64,000 nucleotides of DNA from an uncultured Spirochaetota bacterium (GTDB taxonomy: Bacteria > Spirochaetota > Spirochaetia > SZUA-6 > CAVTHK01): assembly GCA_963734495.1 (NCBI GenBank), contig CAVTHK010000008.1, positions 9,611 to 73,610 of the forward strand, written 5' to 3'. This document shows, piece after piece, positions 41,295 through 52,300 of this stretch. The notes under the pieces were generated by a model. That model searched no databases, was not told the origin of the DNA, and saw nothing but the letters and a program-made list of their open reading frames with translations. Numbering within the stretch: position 1 is the stretch's first letter; the number at the start of each line of letters is the position of its first letter. A program made the translations under genes and the position numbers.

Positions 41295-43837
41295 ATGAAG
41301 GCAGACGGCGGCACGGTACGGCTCGATCGCGGATGGCAGGTTGCGCGTGTGGCGGCTCTCGCCGAGGGACCGTTCGACGGCGAACAGCTCGCGTGGATCG
41401 ACGCGGTGGTTCCGGGCGCGGTTCAATACGATCTCGTGAGGGCGGGGCTGCTGGACAACCCCTTCCGCAGCACCGATGCGGCGCGCGCGGCCGAGTGGGT
41501 CGCGGAATCCGACTGGCTCTACCGCGTGCGGTTCGACGCGCCGCAGCGGCGGCGACGCGCCGGCGGCGCCGCGGGCGCGGCCGGCGCGGGCTGCGGGCCT
41601 TTCTCGATCTCCAGGGGATCGACACGTTCTCCGACATCCGGGTCAACGGCGAGCCGGTGGGCTCGACGCGGAACGCCTATCGCGGCTACCAGTTCGAGCT
41701 GCGCCCCGGCCTGCTCAAGGCGAAGGGCAACGAGCTTACCGTGCGCGTCAAAGCGCACGGCAGGATGATCCGCGCCTTGGTGCCCGAGGCGAAGAGGATG
41801 GGCCGCGAAGGGGACGTCACCGGCCTGCTCGGCAAGTCGCTGATCCGCCGCTACCAGCGGAACTTCTACGGGGGCTCCAGCCTTCTCAACCTCGGCACCG
41901 GGGTCCTCGGCATCGGGATCAACAAGCCGGTCGAGCTGCGGTTCTACCCGGGAGCAAGGATCAAGGACCAGCTCGTCCGTGTCGTCGGCCTTTCGGAGGC
42001 CCAGGCGGAGGTCGCGGTCGCCGTCGACATCGATGCGGCCCGCGATGCGAGGGAGCTCGTCGTAACCGCTGCGCTGGGCGAGCCGGGCGCGGGAAAGCCC
42101 GTGGCCTCGGGCAGCGCCGCGGTCAAGGCCGGCCGCGCGGAGCTGCGCCTGACGGTCCAGCGTCCAAAGCTGTGGTGGCCCTCCGGCTACGGCGAGCAGG
42201 CGCTCTACGACCTGAGGCTCGAGCTCACCGCCGGCGGCCCGGCGGTGGACGCCTCGGAGTCCCGCGTGGGTCTGCGGCGGGTCGAGCTCGCAAGGCGCCT
42301 CGATAACGGCAAGGACACCTTTCAGCTCCGGGTCAACGGCCGCCGCATCCACTGCCGCGGCTACAACCTGATCCCGGTCGACTACATCAAGGTGCACGGC
42401 GAGTGGGAGGAGTACCAGAGGCTGCTCGAGCTCGTAAAGGCCTCGGGCGCGAACATCATCCGCATCTGGGGCGGAGGGGCGGTCGAGGACGAGCGGTTCT
42501 ACCGGGCCTGCGACGAGCTGGGCATCATGCTGTGGCAGGATTACTTCCTCCACAGCAACGTCTACCCCGACTACGACGCGGAGTGGGTCGAGGAGTTCAG
42601 GCAGGAATCCGTGGAGCTCACGAAGCGGCTGCGCAACCACGCCTGCCTCGCCATGCTCTGCGGCGGCAACGAGCAGCAGGAAGGGTGGGACGAGTGGGGG
42701 TGGAAGGACGACATGGACCGGTTCTACGGCGAGCCGCTGGTCCGCGAGCTCCTTCCCAGGGTGGCGGCCGAGCACTGCCCGGACGTGCCCTACGTCCCGA
42801 ACTCGCCGCACGGCAGGAACTTCGCCCAGTCTCCCGTCGACGGCGACATGCACTGCTGGGGCAACTTCTACAATTCCACGAAGGACCCCACGTTCGTCAC
42901 GGAGAGCTGCTGGAACCTCGAGAGCTATTCCCGGCCCCAGACACTGCTCAAGGCGATGGGGCTCGACGTCGACCGCCTCGACCAGCGGGGCTGGCACAAG
43001 GAGTGGAAGCGCATCACCGGCCTGCCGCTCATCAACCGGTTCCCGTTCAGCACGTACTTCGACGTGAGCTCGCTCCGGGGCTACCTGCACTCACTCGAGG
43101 TCGAGCACGCCCTCGCGGACTACCACGCGTTCTCCAACCTGCGGCTGCGCAGCAGCTCGTGCAACGGGATCCTGTACTGGTCTCTCAACAAGGGCGGCCC
43201 GCTGTTCGGGTTCGGCTGCATCGACTACCTCGGCTACCCGCTGATGAGCTACTACGTGACGAAGCGCCTGTACGCCGACGCGGTCGTGGGCGTCTACAGG
43301 GACGCCGACGACGTGCGGGTCATGTGCTCGAACGAGGGACAGGCAGAGCTGAAGGGAACCCTCCGGGTGCGTCACATGGCTGCCGGCGGTCGGGTGCTCG
43401 GTCGGTGGGAAAGCGCCGTGGAGGTCCCGTCGGGGAAGACCATGCGCGTGCTGGACCTCCCCGGCCGTTACGCGGAGGTGGGCGACCGGCTCTCCGAGGT
43501 CGTGCACGCCGCGCTCTATGACGGCGACCGGCTCGTATCCGAAGACACGCTGTTCTTCTGCCCGTTCGCGGAGTTCGCGCGGGCCGCCTCGCCCCTCGCG
43601 GTCAAGGCGGCGAGGGCGGGCGACGGCTGGACGCTCGAGATCGAGTCGTCCCAAGTCTGCAAGATGGTGGAGCTCGAGACCGAGGCGCGCGTCGTGTTCA
43701 GCGACAACTACTTCCCGCTGGTCCCCGGCGTCCGCAAGATCGTGCGGATGTCGCCGCTGGCCGGGGCTCCGTTGCCCGACTCGGTCTCGGTCGGGGTCAC
43801 CGACGGCGCGCCGCCCGCGAAGGTTTCGCCGGGCTGA
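41295..43837 (+). CDS. Glycoside hydrolase family 2 (beta-mannosidase-like); frameshifted near 41550-41600
   Basis: AVVPGAVQYDL, GIDTFSDI.VNG, PKLWWP.GYGEQ.LY, NIIRIWGGG, CDELGIMLWQD, CGGNE (acid/base), GDMH.W and TES (nucleophile). Confidence 0.9.
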
Positions 43838-43896
43838 GCCGCTCGCGACCGGGGCGCGAGTTTGCGCGGGGCGTCGCCCGCGCATACAATCTCGAT

Positions 43897-46833
43897 GTGA
43901 AGCGGCGAACCTCCGCCGGGCGGCACGGTGCGGGCTTTGGGGCTTCATCTCTCGTGGGCCGGCAATCCGAGATGGAACGGCTCGTGGGTCTCCTCGGCTC
44001 GTCGATGCGGGGCAGGGGAGCGGTCGTCACGATCACGGGCGACCACGGCGTCGGCAAGACTCGTCTGGCGCGGGAGCTCTGCGCCCTTGCGGAACGGGCC
44101 GGCGCCGGGGTGCTGTGGGGGCAGGCGCGCGACGACGAGGGCTCGCCGGCATACGGGCCCTGGGCCGAGATCGTCATCCGCCACATCGAACGCGTGGGAA
44201 GGGCGCGGGCCCGCGCCCTGATGGGAGGCGGCGCGGGCGACATCGCGAGGATGCTTCCCGGTCTCGACACCCGTCGTTCCCCCGCATCGCAGTCTCCTGA
44301 GCCACCGTCGCCCGAGGCGCGCTTCCGCCTCTTCGTCTCCATGCGAAGCTACCTCCGGCGAGTGGCCGATGCAGGCCCGCTCGTGCTCGTCCTGGACGAC
44401 CTGCACTACTGCGATCCCGACAGCCTGCGCCTGCTCGAAGCGGTGGCCGACGACCTGCGCGACAGCAGGACGCTGCTGGTCGGCACTTGCGTCGAGAAGC
44501 GGGCCGCGCGCCATCCCGCTCTCGCCGCCGTCCTCGAAGGCCTGACCAAGCTGCCGTGGCACGAGCGACTCGCGATCGGCAACCTGAGCCGCGAGGAGAC
44601 CCACCGCCTGCTGGCGCGCGAGGTCGGCGACGAGAGCGCGGCTGGGTTCGCCGATCTCGTCCATGCGCGGACCGACGGGAACCCGCTGTTCGTCATCCAG
44701 GCTGCGCGCGCCCTCGCGACCCGCGCGGCACGCAGCCCCGCGGCGGCGCCCGGCGAGGGGTGGGAGCGCGGGGCGGCGGAGAGCGCCGGGATCCTCGCGA
44801 CCCGCAGGATGGCGCGCCTGTCGGAGGCCGCGCGCGGGCTCGTGCGGATGGCCGCGGTCCTCGGACGCGACGTCGACGTCGGGCTCCTGGCGCGGGCCGC
44901 TTCACTGGCTCCCGCCCGCGTGAGGAGGCTCCTGGGCGAAAGCGTCGAAGAAGGGCTGATCGCGGACGACGGCGGCGACCGCTTCCGGTTCGCGCATGAG
45001 ATCGTGCAGAGCGGCATCCTGGAAACCCTCGCGCCGGCAGCTCGATCCTCGATCCACCGCGCCGCCGGCGAGGCGCTGGAAGCGGTGAGAGCCGAAGGCG
45101 CTGCGGTGGAGCCGGCTGCGCTCGCATGGCATTTCGAGGCTGCAGGCATCGAGTGCCGCGACAAGGCCGTCCGTTACCTCCGCGAGGCCGGCACGAAGGC
45201 GCTCGAGTCCGCGGCGTACGACACGGCGCTCAGGTGCTTCGACGCCGCAAGCCGGGACCCGCAGATCTCCGTGTCGCAGCGGGCCGAGCTCGCATCGCTC
45301 AGGGCCCGCTCCCTCTTCGCGCTGGGCCGCTTTCTCGACGTGACGCCGCGCCTCGCCGAGGCTTTCGACCTCTACGAGGCGGCAGGGGACACGCAGCGCG
45401 CGGCCGGGACGGCGCAGTTTGCCGACTATCCCGGAGCCGCGGCGCGGCTGCCGCGCGAGGATCTGCGGAGGCTGCAGGCGCGCGCGCTGTCCGCCGTCCC
45501 ACCCGATTCGGTCGCGGCCGCGGGCCTGCTGTGCGCCCTCGCCGAAGGCCGCTCGTACGCGGATCACCGCGGGGCTGCCTCTTCTTTTGCCCGCGCGCTC
45601 GACCTGGCGCGCGCGCACGGCGATCGCGGGCTCGAGTCGAGGGTGCTCCATGCGTGGGCCTGGCTCGAGTACCGGACCCTGAACATGCCCGAGTGCTTGC
45701 GGATGGGCGCGCAGGCGCTCGAGATCGCGCGTGAGACGCGCGACCGCGATTCGGAGCTCGTCTTCGGCGGCCGCCTCGGCGTCTGGAGGCTCTGCGCCGG
45801 CGACTGCCGTGGCGCGGAGGAGCTTGCCCGCGACCTGAGGAGCGCGGGCGAAGGGATGCGCTCCAGCGTGTGGGCGTATGACCTGCAGGCGCTCATCAGG
45901 CTGCTCGCCGTCTGGAGGGGCCGGTGGAGCGACTACCATCGGGAGGTGAAGCACGCGCAGTGGCTGCGGGAGCCGGGGGTCGTCTCGCGGGAGAAGCCGG
46001 CATCGGGCGAACCGGTCGGGATCAGGACGGCCGCCGAGGTCCTCGCCATCGTCGAATCAAATCCCGACTACTACATCGACCCGGACCGGATCGCGGCGCG
46101 CGCGGCCGGTGCCGCGGACGCTTCCCGCGCGCTCGGAGATCGAAGCTGCGTCGAGCAGGTCAAGCGTCTGGCCGAGCGCGCGCTTGCGATGGAGCCGAGC
46201 TCGTGGGGCAATCTCCACGCACTCGTCGCCCTCGGAGTTGCCGCGGTGATGGAGTCGGACCTCGAGTCGCTGCGCAGAGTCTGTACGCCGGAGCTGGCCG
46301 CCGCGCCGGCTGACTTCATCCTGGAATGTCCGGGCTATGCCATTGACAGCGTCCGCGGGCTCTTCTGGGGCCGGCTCGGGAAGGACGCCGAGGCTCGGCG
46401 CTATTTCGACGCCGCGCTCGCGTTCAGCCGGCGCGGCGAGCTCATCTGGGAGCACGCGTGGACCTGCTGCTACTATGCCGCATTCCTCGCCCGGCGCGGC
46501 GAGTGGGCGAGGGCGCGAGCGCTCGCCGCGGAAGCGCGTCGGATCGGCTGGGGGCTGGGCATGCTCGGGTTCGAGCAGGAGCTGGCCGAGGTGGAGCGCA
46601 CCGTCGGGGAGCCTCTGCCGGACGGCTTGACCGAGCGCGAGCTGCAGGTGATCCGCCTGGTCGCGGCGGGACGGTCGACCAAGGAGATCGCGGGCGATCT
46701 CTCCATCAGCCATCACACCGCCACCAATCATCTCCGCCACATCTACCGCAAGGCTCGCGTCACCAACCGCGTCGACCTGGCGCGCTACGCCGCGGACAAG
46801 CGGATCGTTCCGGCCGCGGGCGCGTCGAAGTAA
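43897..46833 (+). CDS. Large ATP-binding LuxR-family (MalT/LAL-like) transcriptional regulator
   Basis: LVGR..E, GDHGVGKTRL, LVLDDLH, RTDGNPLFV, RFAHEIV and C-terminal LTERELQVIRLVA.G.STKEIA. Confidence 0.92.
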   Translation: MKRRTSAGRHGAGFGASSLVGRQSEMERLVGLLGSSMRGRGAVVTITGDHGVGKTRLARELCALAERAGAGVLWGQARDDEGSPAYGPWAEIVIRHIERVGRARARALMGGGAGDIARMLPGLDTRRSPASQSPEPPSPEARFRLFVSMRSYLRRVADAGPLVLVLDDLHYCDPDSLRLLEAVADDLRDSRTLLVGTCVEKRAARHPALAAVLEGLTKLPWHERLAIGNLSREETHRLLAREVGDESAAGFADLVHARTDGNPLFVIQAARALATRAARSPAAAPGEGWERGAAESAGILATRRMARLSEAARGLVRMAAVLGRDVDVGLLARAASLAPARVRRLLGESVEEGLIADDGGDRFRFAHEIVQSGILETLAPAARSSIHRAAGEALEAVRAEGAAVEPAALAWHFEAAGIECRDKAVRYLREAGTKALESAAYDTALRCFDAASRDPQISVSQRAELASLRARSLFALGRFLDVTPRLAEAFDLYEAAGDTQRAAGTAQFADYPGAAARLPREDLRRLQARALSAVPPDSVAAAGLLCALAEGRSYADHRGAASSFARALDLARAHGDRGLESRVLHAWAWLEYRTLNMPECLRMGAQALEIARETRDRDSELVFGGRLGVWRLCAGDCRGAEELARDLRSAGEGMRSSVWAYDLQALIRLLAVWRGRWSDYHREVKHAQWLREPGVVSREKPASGEPVGIRTAAEVLAIVESNPDYYIDPDRIAARAAGAADASRALGDRSCVEQVKRLAERALAMEPSSWGNLHALVALGVAAVMESDLESLRRVCTPELAAAPADFILECPGYAIDSVRGLFWGRLGKDAEARRYFDAALAFSRRGELIWEHAWTCCYYAAFLARRGEWARARALAAEARRIGWGLGMLGFEQELAEVERTVGEPLPDGLTERELQVIRLVAAGRSTKEIAGDLSISHHTATNHLRHIYRKARVTNRVDLARYAADKRIVPAAGASK

Positions 46834-46927
46834 CCGCCGCGCATGGCGGAGCCCTGCCATACGCGCGCGCGAGGGATGGGTGCATTCCGTCATTTCGCCG
46901 TGACTCGGTCTCTACGACGCTGGGCCC

Positions 46928-47650
46928 ATGGGAGAACCGTTTGGGTTTGCGGCGCCGGGAAAGGTCTCGCTTCGCGTCTCGAGCCTCCGGGCGGGCGAAG
47001 AGAGCGAGCCGTCGCGCCGGAGCGCGGCGCTCGGCGAACGGCCCCTTGCGGCGCTCAAGCTGGGCCTGCTGGCTGCAGGCGCTGCGGCGATGCTCCTCGC
47101 GGCGGGGCACAGGCCGCCGCTGCTGCGTTCGGTGGCTTCGCCCGCAGCGGGAGTGGAGCTGCGCTACCCCGCGGGCTGGCACGCGGACTGGAGCGCCTCC
47201 TGCGCCGTCGCCGCCTGGGAGCAGCCGCCAGGGGCCGTCGCCAAAGGGTGCCGCGTCTTCCTTATGCGCCTCTCATGGCCGGCGTTCGAAGATCTCCACT
47301 ACCTCCTGCTGCACCGCGCGCCGCCCGCGGGATGGCGCGAGCAGAACAGCGGCATTCTCGCCGCCGCGGCGGCCTGTTTCGGAGCCGCCTCGCTCTGGGA
47401 GTGTCCGCCTGCCGAGCACGTCGCGCTCGGGGGACGGCCGGCCGAGATGCTGCTGTCGCGCTGCGGCGGCGACTGGACGGCTCTGGTCGTGGCTCCCGGC
47501 GAAGACCTGGTTCTCGCCGGCTTCAGCGCGCCGACGGCAAAGGACCTCAGGCGGGTCTGGAAGGCCTGGCTGGCCATGATCGCGGACGCGCGACTCGACG
47601 GGCACCCGCCCCCGGCCGCCCGCGCGGTTGCGGCGGCGCCTACTCCTTGA
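46928..47650 (+). CDS. Hypothetical exported or membrane-anchored protein (start uncertain)
   Basis: Hydrophobic LGLLAAGAAAMLLAA followed by GVELRYPAGW...VALGGRPA (PsbP/DcrB-like pattern). Confidence 0.5.
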   Translation: MGEPFGFAAPGKVSLRVSSLRAGEESEPSRRSAALGERPLAALKLGLLAAGAAAMLLAAGHRPPLLRSVASPAAGVELRYPAGWHADWSASCAVAAWEQPPGAVAKGCRVFLMRLSWPAFEDLHYLLLHRAPPAGWREQNSGILAAAAACFGAASLWECPPAEHVALGGRPAEMLLSRCGGDWTALVVAPGEDLVLAGFSAPTAKDLRRVWKAWLAMIADARLDGHPPPAARAVAAAPTP

Positions 47651-47972
47651 GGACGAGGTAGACCGTCAGGCGCGCCCGCGCCCCGTCGCCTGCGACGGCG
47701 CCGTCGAGCCTCAGCCACCCGCCGAAGTGCGTGACCCTCACGAAGAAGCTTCCGACGCGGTCGATCCGGGGAAGGCACGTGTCGTCGTCCATCCATTCGA
47801 TCCCGTCGACCGAGAGCTGCACCGTCGCGCGCAGCACCGGGGACCCTTCGATTTCGTGCACGCGGACCACGAACATCGCCTCGCTCGCCCAGCCGCACTC
47901 GTACGGCTCGGTCCGGAAGCCTCCCGCGAACCAGCTCATCCGCTCCAGGACGACAGTCTGGAAGTTGCGCAT
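47640..47972 (-). CDS. Small beta-rich hypothetical protein (DUF6385-like)
   Basis: TEPYECGWASEA.F, VQLSVDGIEW.D and HFGGWLRL; family name is recalled, not searched. Confidence 0.65.
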   Translation of the reverse strand: MRNFQTVVLERMSWFAGGFRTEPYECGWASEAMFVVRVHEIEGSPVLRATVQLSVDGIEWMDDDTCLPRIDRVGSFFVRVTHFGGWLRLDGAVAGDGARARLTVYLVLKE

Positions 47973-47974
47973 GA

Positions 47975-48940
47975 TCACTCCCGGCCGCCGGCCACCGGAC
48001 TGGACGACAACACGGCAGAGTCCACGAACAGGAACGCCCTGCGGTCGGTGTCGGATTCCACGAAGACGTTCGAGTTGAGCAGCGCGCGGATCCGCGGGTA
48101 AGGCTCCACCAGGGTCGGCCTGCAACCGCGGAGGTCGAAGACCCGATCCGCGCACCTCAGCTCCACGTACTCGCGCTTCGCCATGTCGATCAGGAGCGAG
48201 AAGTAGTGCCAGTTGAGCTTGTCGTTCGTCTCGTTCCAGCAGAGGTCCTGCCTGCCGTCCGGCACGTCCTCGAAGCCTTCGCCGCCGCCGTCTTCGGTGC
48301 GTTTCCCGTACAGGTGCGCGTCGATGCCGCGCTTGATGCTCGGGACGTGAGTCGCGTCCGCCGAGGCCGGGTCGCCGCCCACGGCGCTCTGGCCGGTCTC
48401 GCCCCAGTCCTCGTCCCTGCCCGGCTTCGCCCTGAAGTACTGCCAGCGATGCTGCAGCTTCCCGCCTGCCGAGTTCATGTGGCGGACGCCGATGAAGTAG
48501 CGTTTCTCCGCGTCCTGGATGTCCCACATGAACCCGAAAGCGCGCAAGTCGTTCTCGCCGATCCCCGGCCGGTCCTGCTCGACCTTGAGGCCGAAGATCA
48601 TCTCGAACTTCAGGAGCTCGCGGCGGACGAACGTGATCCGTTTGAGCGCCTGGGCCGTACTGCCCCTCGCCGGCAGCTCGGACGGCGGAGCGGCAACCGG
48701 CCGCGTCGCGACCTTGAGGCAGTAGGTCCCGGAAAACGATCCGAACGTGCCGACGAGCGTAAAGGGGATCGAGCTGAGCATGGGGGGCCCGACCATCGTG
48801 AACCGCTGCTGGGCCGGGAAATACTCCAGCTCGTCCTGCTTGAGGTTGGGGGCGTAGGCTGTCCACCCGCACAAGCCGCTGTCGAAGTCGTCGTGGAAGA
48901 TGAGGCGCGGCAGAGGCTCGTAGATCCCAATCGTCCCCAT
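47975..48940 (-). CDS. DUF6772-like protein
   Basis: YEPLPRLIFHDDFDSGLCGW, GTFGSFSGTYCLKVATRP and NETNDKLNWHY; family name is recalled, not searched. Confidence 0.7.
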   Translation of the reverse strand: MGTIGIYEPLPRLIFHDDFDSGLCGWTAYAPNLKQDELEYFPAQQRFTMVGPPMLSSIPFTLVGTFGSFSGTYCLKVATRPVAAPPSELPARGSTAQALKRITFVRRELLKFEMIFGLKVEQDRPGIGENDLRAFGFMWDIQDAEKRYFIGVRHMNSAGGKLQHRWQYFRAKPGRDEDWGETGQSAVGGDPASADATHVPSIKRGIDAHLYGKRTEDGGGEGFEDVPDGRQDLCWNETNDKLNWHYFSLLIDMAKREYVELRCADRVFDLRGCRPTLVEPYPRIRALLNSNVFVESDTDRRAFLFVDSAVLSSSPVAGGRE

Positions 48941-49111
48941 GCTTTTCCCTCCTGGCCCGCGCCCAAAGGTACAGAAAAAGCCTCGGCCGCGGGACTGGAT
49001 CCCGTCGCCCCGGGTGGCCCCGCGTCCAGACTTGACAACGCGCCGGCTTGGTCTATGGTGAAGGCACGCAGCCGCCGCCGGCGGTGCGCAGACTTTCGAG
49101 GAGGTGGAAGG

Positions 49112-50397
49112 ATGCGAAACATGCGAGCAGCGATTCTCGTGACTCGTGCTCGTTCCGGGCATGTTCCTCTATGCCGGAGGGGGGACCGAGCCGAAGGCCG
49201 CGGCCGCAGGTCCTGTCAAGCTCACGTTCTGGGCCTGGGGCCCTCACGTCGAAGCGGTCAACAAGGAGATCGGCCCTGCGTTCAACAAGCTGCACCCCAA
49301 CGTGACGGTCGAGGCCGTCTCGATGGGACCCTGGGACCTGATGGACAAGTTCTACACCTCGATCGTCACGGGCAAGGGGCTGCCCGACTCGGCCAACCTC
49401 GTCCGCCGTGTCATCGCTAAGTACCTCATCCCCGAGCTTCTTTACGACTTTACGAGCTTCGTGCAGCCGAAGGCCAAGGACTTTCCGGCGGCCTTCATCA
49501 AGGACGTGACCTCATCTGACGGGAAGATCCTCGCGATCCCCCCCGACTACGGCCCCGGAGTCGTGTACTACGACATTGCGCTGGCCAAGAAGCTCAACGT
49601 CGACGTCACGAAGATCAAGACGTGGCAGGACTACTACGAGCTGACGAAACGCTTGAGCGCCAGCAACCCCGACGTCTACATGCACCCGATGTTCTACCCC
49701 GGAGCCTCGTGGGGCTCGAACCAGTGGAAGCTCTTCGCCCAGGGCGCCGGCGGGAACATCTACGACGAGAAGGGCAAGGTCATCCGAGACAACAAGCTGC
49801 TCAGGGAAGTGACGCGAGTTCTACTACAAGCTGCACACGGACGTGAAGTGCGCAAAGGGGAAGGTCAACGACCCGGCGATTTACGACATCCTCCGCCAGG
49901 GCAAGCTGCTCTTCTGGCCCTCCAACTCCTACCGCGCGATGGAGATCGCGGCGCAGGACCCGTCGCTCAACCTCAAGCTCGGCACCTTCCCGTGGCCGCT
50001 CTGGAAGGAAAACGCCCCTGCCTACACCGGCAACTGGGGCGGCGTGGCCATCGTCGTGCCGAAGAAGGGGCCCAACGTCGACATCGCCGCGGAGTTCTCC
50101 GAGTTCTACGCGACCAACGAGACCGCGCTCACCGGCCTGTTCTTCTCGACGACGGGTGTCCCCACCTACGCGCCGGTGCAGAGCAAGATCCTGGCGATGA
50201 AGGACCGCCAGGCCTTCGCGGTGGACCTGATCAAGAGCATCACGGCGCGCGAGGTGGCGCCGTGGACCTTCGTCGAGTGGTCTCAGACCGAGAAGATCCT
50301 CGGCGACGGGCTGGACAACATGTTCGCGAACAACCAGGACCCCGCTCAGGCCTGGAACGGCATCGAAGCGCAGCTGATCAAGATCCTCGGCCTGTAG
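49112..50397 (+). CDS. Sugar ABC transporter solute-binding protein; frameshifted near 49140 and 49815
   Basis: SD GAGGAGGT; KLTFWAWG, FNKLHPNVTVE, IPPDYGPGVVYY and NWGGVAIVVP; promoter TTGACA-N16-TATGGT at 49032-49059. Confidence 0.85.
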
Positions 50398-50475
50398 AGC
50401 TCTGCGGAGCTCTCCTGAGCAGGCGGCGGAAGCGGGGACGGCCCGCTCCGCCGCCTCTTTCCCCGGGGAGACGGC

Positions 50476-51342
50476 GTGTTCAACCGCAAGTACAGCCCCT
50501 ACCTGTTCACGGCTCCGTTCGCGATCATGTTCCTCGCGTTCTGGGTCTGGCCCATCGTCCAGTCGCTCCTCTGGAGCCTGCTCGACTGGGACGGCATCAG
50601 GAAGGCGAAGTTTGTCGGCCTGCGCAACTACTTCGCGCTGTTCCGCGAGACGGTCTTCCTGGTGTCGCTCCGCAATACCGTGGCCGCGGCCGTCGTCTAC
50701 ATCGCGCTCCTCGTGCTCCTCGCGCTCGTCATAGCCGTCGGGCTCAATTCGCAGATGCTCGCGGGCAGGACCGTGTTCCGATCCGCGTTCTTCATCCCCG
50801 TCACCGTCTCGCTGCCGGTCGTCGCGCTGATCTTCATGATCATCTACACACCGCACAACGGCATCCTCAACAAGATCTTCGGGCTCTTCGGGGCACGGCA
50901 GACGGACTGGCTCGGCAATCCTCACACGGCCCTCGGATCGATCGTGGCGCTCAGGCTCTGGCGGGCGGCTGGCTATTACTCCGTCTTCGTTCTGGCGGGG
51001 CTCCAGGCGATTCCCCGGGAGACGGTGGAGGCGAGCGTGATCGACGGCGCCTCTTCGCTCCAGAGCGGCTTGTTCGTCATCCTGCCGCAGCTCAAGCCCG
51101 TGCTCGTCTACGTCGCCATCGCGTCGTCCGTGTGGGCTTTTCAGCTCTTCGAGGAGCCGTGGATCCTGACGGAAGGCGGGCCCGCCAACGCGACGTCCAC
51201 GGTCGGCATCCACATCTACACCAACGGTTTCAAGTTCTTCAAGCTCGGCTACGCATCCGCCAGCGCGTACCTGCTGGCCATGATCATCCTCGGATTCGCC
51301 CTGCTGCAGCTCGGCGCCGCGCGAGAGGGGCGCCAGACGTGA
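50476..51342 (+). CDS. Sugar ABC transporter permease
   Basis: FVGLRNY, LAGLQAIP..VEASVIDGA and GGPANAT. Confidence 0.95.
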   Translation: MFNRKYSPYLFTAPFAIMFLAFWVWPIVQSLLWSLLDWDGIRKAKFVGLRNYFALFRETVFLVSLRNTVAAAVVYIALLVLLALVIAVGLNSQMLAGRTVFRSAFFIPVTVSLPVVALIFMIIYTPHNGILNKIFGLFGARQTDWLGNPHTALGSIVALRLWRAAGYYSVFVLAGLQAIPRETVEASVIDGASSLQSGLFVILPQLKPVLVYVAIASSVWAFQLFEEPWILTEGGPANATSTVGIHIYTNGFKFFKLGYASASAYLLAMIILGFALLQLGAAREGRQT

Positions 51343-52169
51343 CCCGGACCCGGCGGCTCGGCGCGCGCATCGGGCTGTTCCTGATCTTCGGGGCAGCGGC
51401 CCTCGTGATCATATTCCCCTTCTACTGGATGGCGGTCTCTTCGCTGCGCACCAACGGCCAGATCTTCAGCGCCGATTTCAATCTGATACCGAAGTCGATC
51501 ACCTGGAAGAACTACCACGACCTGTTCACGACGACGCTGTTCTTCCGCTGGGTTCTGAACTCCCTGATCGTCGCGGCATCCACGACGCTGCTCGGCGTGT
51601 TCTTCAGCACGTTCGCCGGCTTCGCGTTCGCGAAATACAGGTTCGCGGGCGCCGGCGTACTGTTCATGTCGATCTTCGTGATGGTCTCGGTCCCCCGTTT
51701 CGTCACCATCATCCCGATCTTCAAAGTCCTGTCCGACCTGTCGCTGACCAACACCTACGCCGCACTGATCCTGCCGTTTGCCGTCAACCCCTTTGCGGTC
51801 TTCCTGATGAGGCAGTACATCCGCAGCGTTCCCGACGACCTGCTGGACAGCGCCCGCATCGACGGCCTGAACGAGCTCGGGCTCGTGGCGAGGATCGTCG
51901 CGCCGACCATCCGGCCGGCCATCGGCGCGGCCGGGATCTTCATCCTGATGTCTTCGTGGAACGACTTCCTCTTTCCGCTCATCCTGATGGGGGACCCCGA
52001 GATGACGCTTTTCCCCGTCGGCCTGTCGTCGCTCAAGACGCTCTACGTGATCGAGTGGGGCATGATCATGGCAGGCTCGCTCCTCTCGACCCTGCCGCTG
52101 ATCATCGCCTTCCTGTTCCTGCAGCGGCAGTTCGTCGCCGGGCTGACCGAAGGGTCGATCAAGGGATAG
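51339..52169 (+). CDS. Sugar ABC transporter permease
   Basis: GTG start overlapping the upstream stop; LLDSARIDG, WNDFLFPLI and LQRQFVAGLTEGSIKG. Confidence 0.95.
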   Translation: MTRTRRLGARIGLFLIFGAAALVIIFPFYWMAVSSLRTNGQIFSADFNLIPKSITWKNYHDLFTTTLFFRWVLNSLIVAASTTLLGVFFSTFAGFAFAKYRFAGAGVLFMSIFVMVSVPRFVTIIPIFKVLSDLSLTNTYAALILPFAVNPFAVFLMRQYIRSVPDDLLDSARIDGLNELGLVARIVAPTIRPAIGAAGIFILMSSWNDFLFPLILMGDPEMTLFPVGLSSLKTLYVIEWGMIMAGSLLSTLPLIIAFLFLQRQFVAGLTEGSIKG

Positions 52170-52300
52170 CGGACTTCGCTGCGACCTTCTTGATCGTTCC
52201 GCGGCACCGGGCCTGCCAGGCAGGTCGGTTCGTTCTGGAAAAAATTGAAAGTCCGTCGTGCGCGGGCTACCTGTATAGGATGACAGAAAAGGAGTCTCCA

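Noticed and set aside
49146-52169. 1007-aa SBP-permease fusion ORF
   Set aside because: The middle is an off-frame reading across the SBP C-terminus and the first permease; there are three separate genes.
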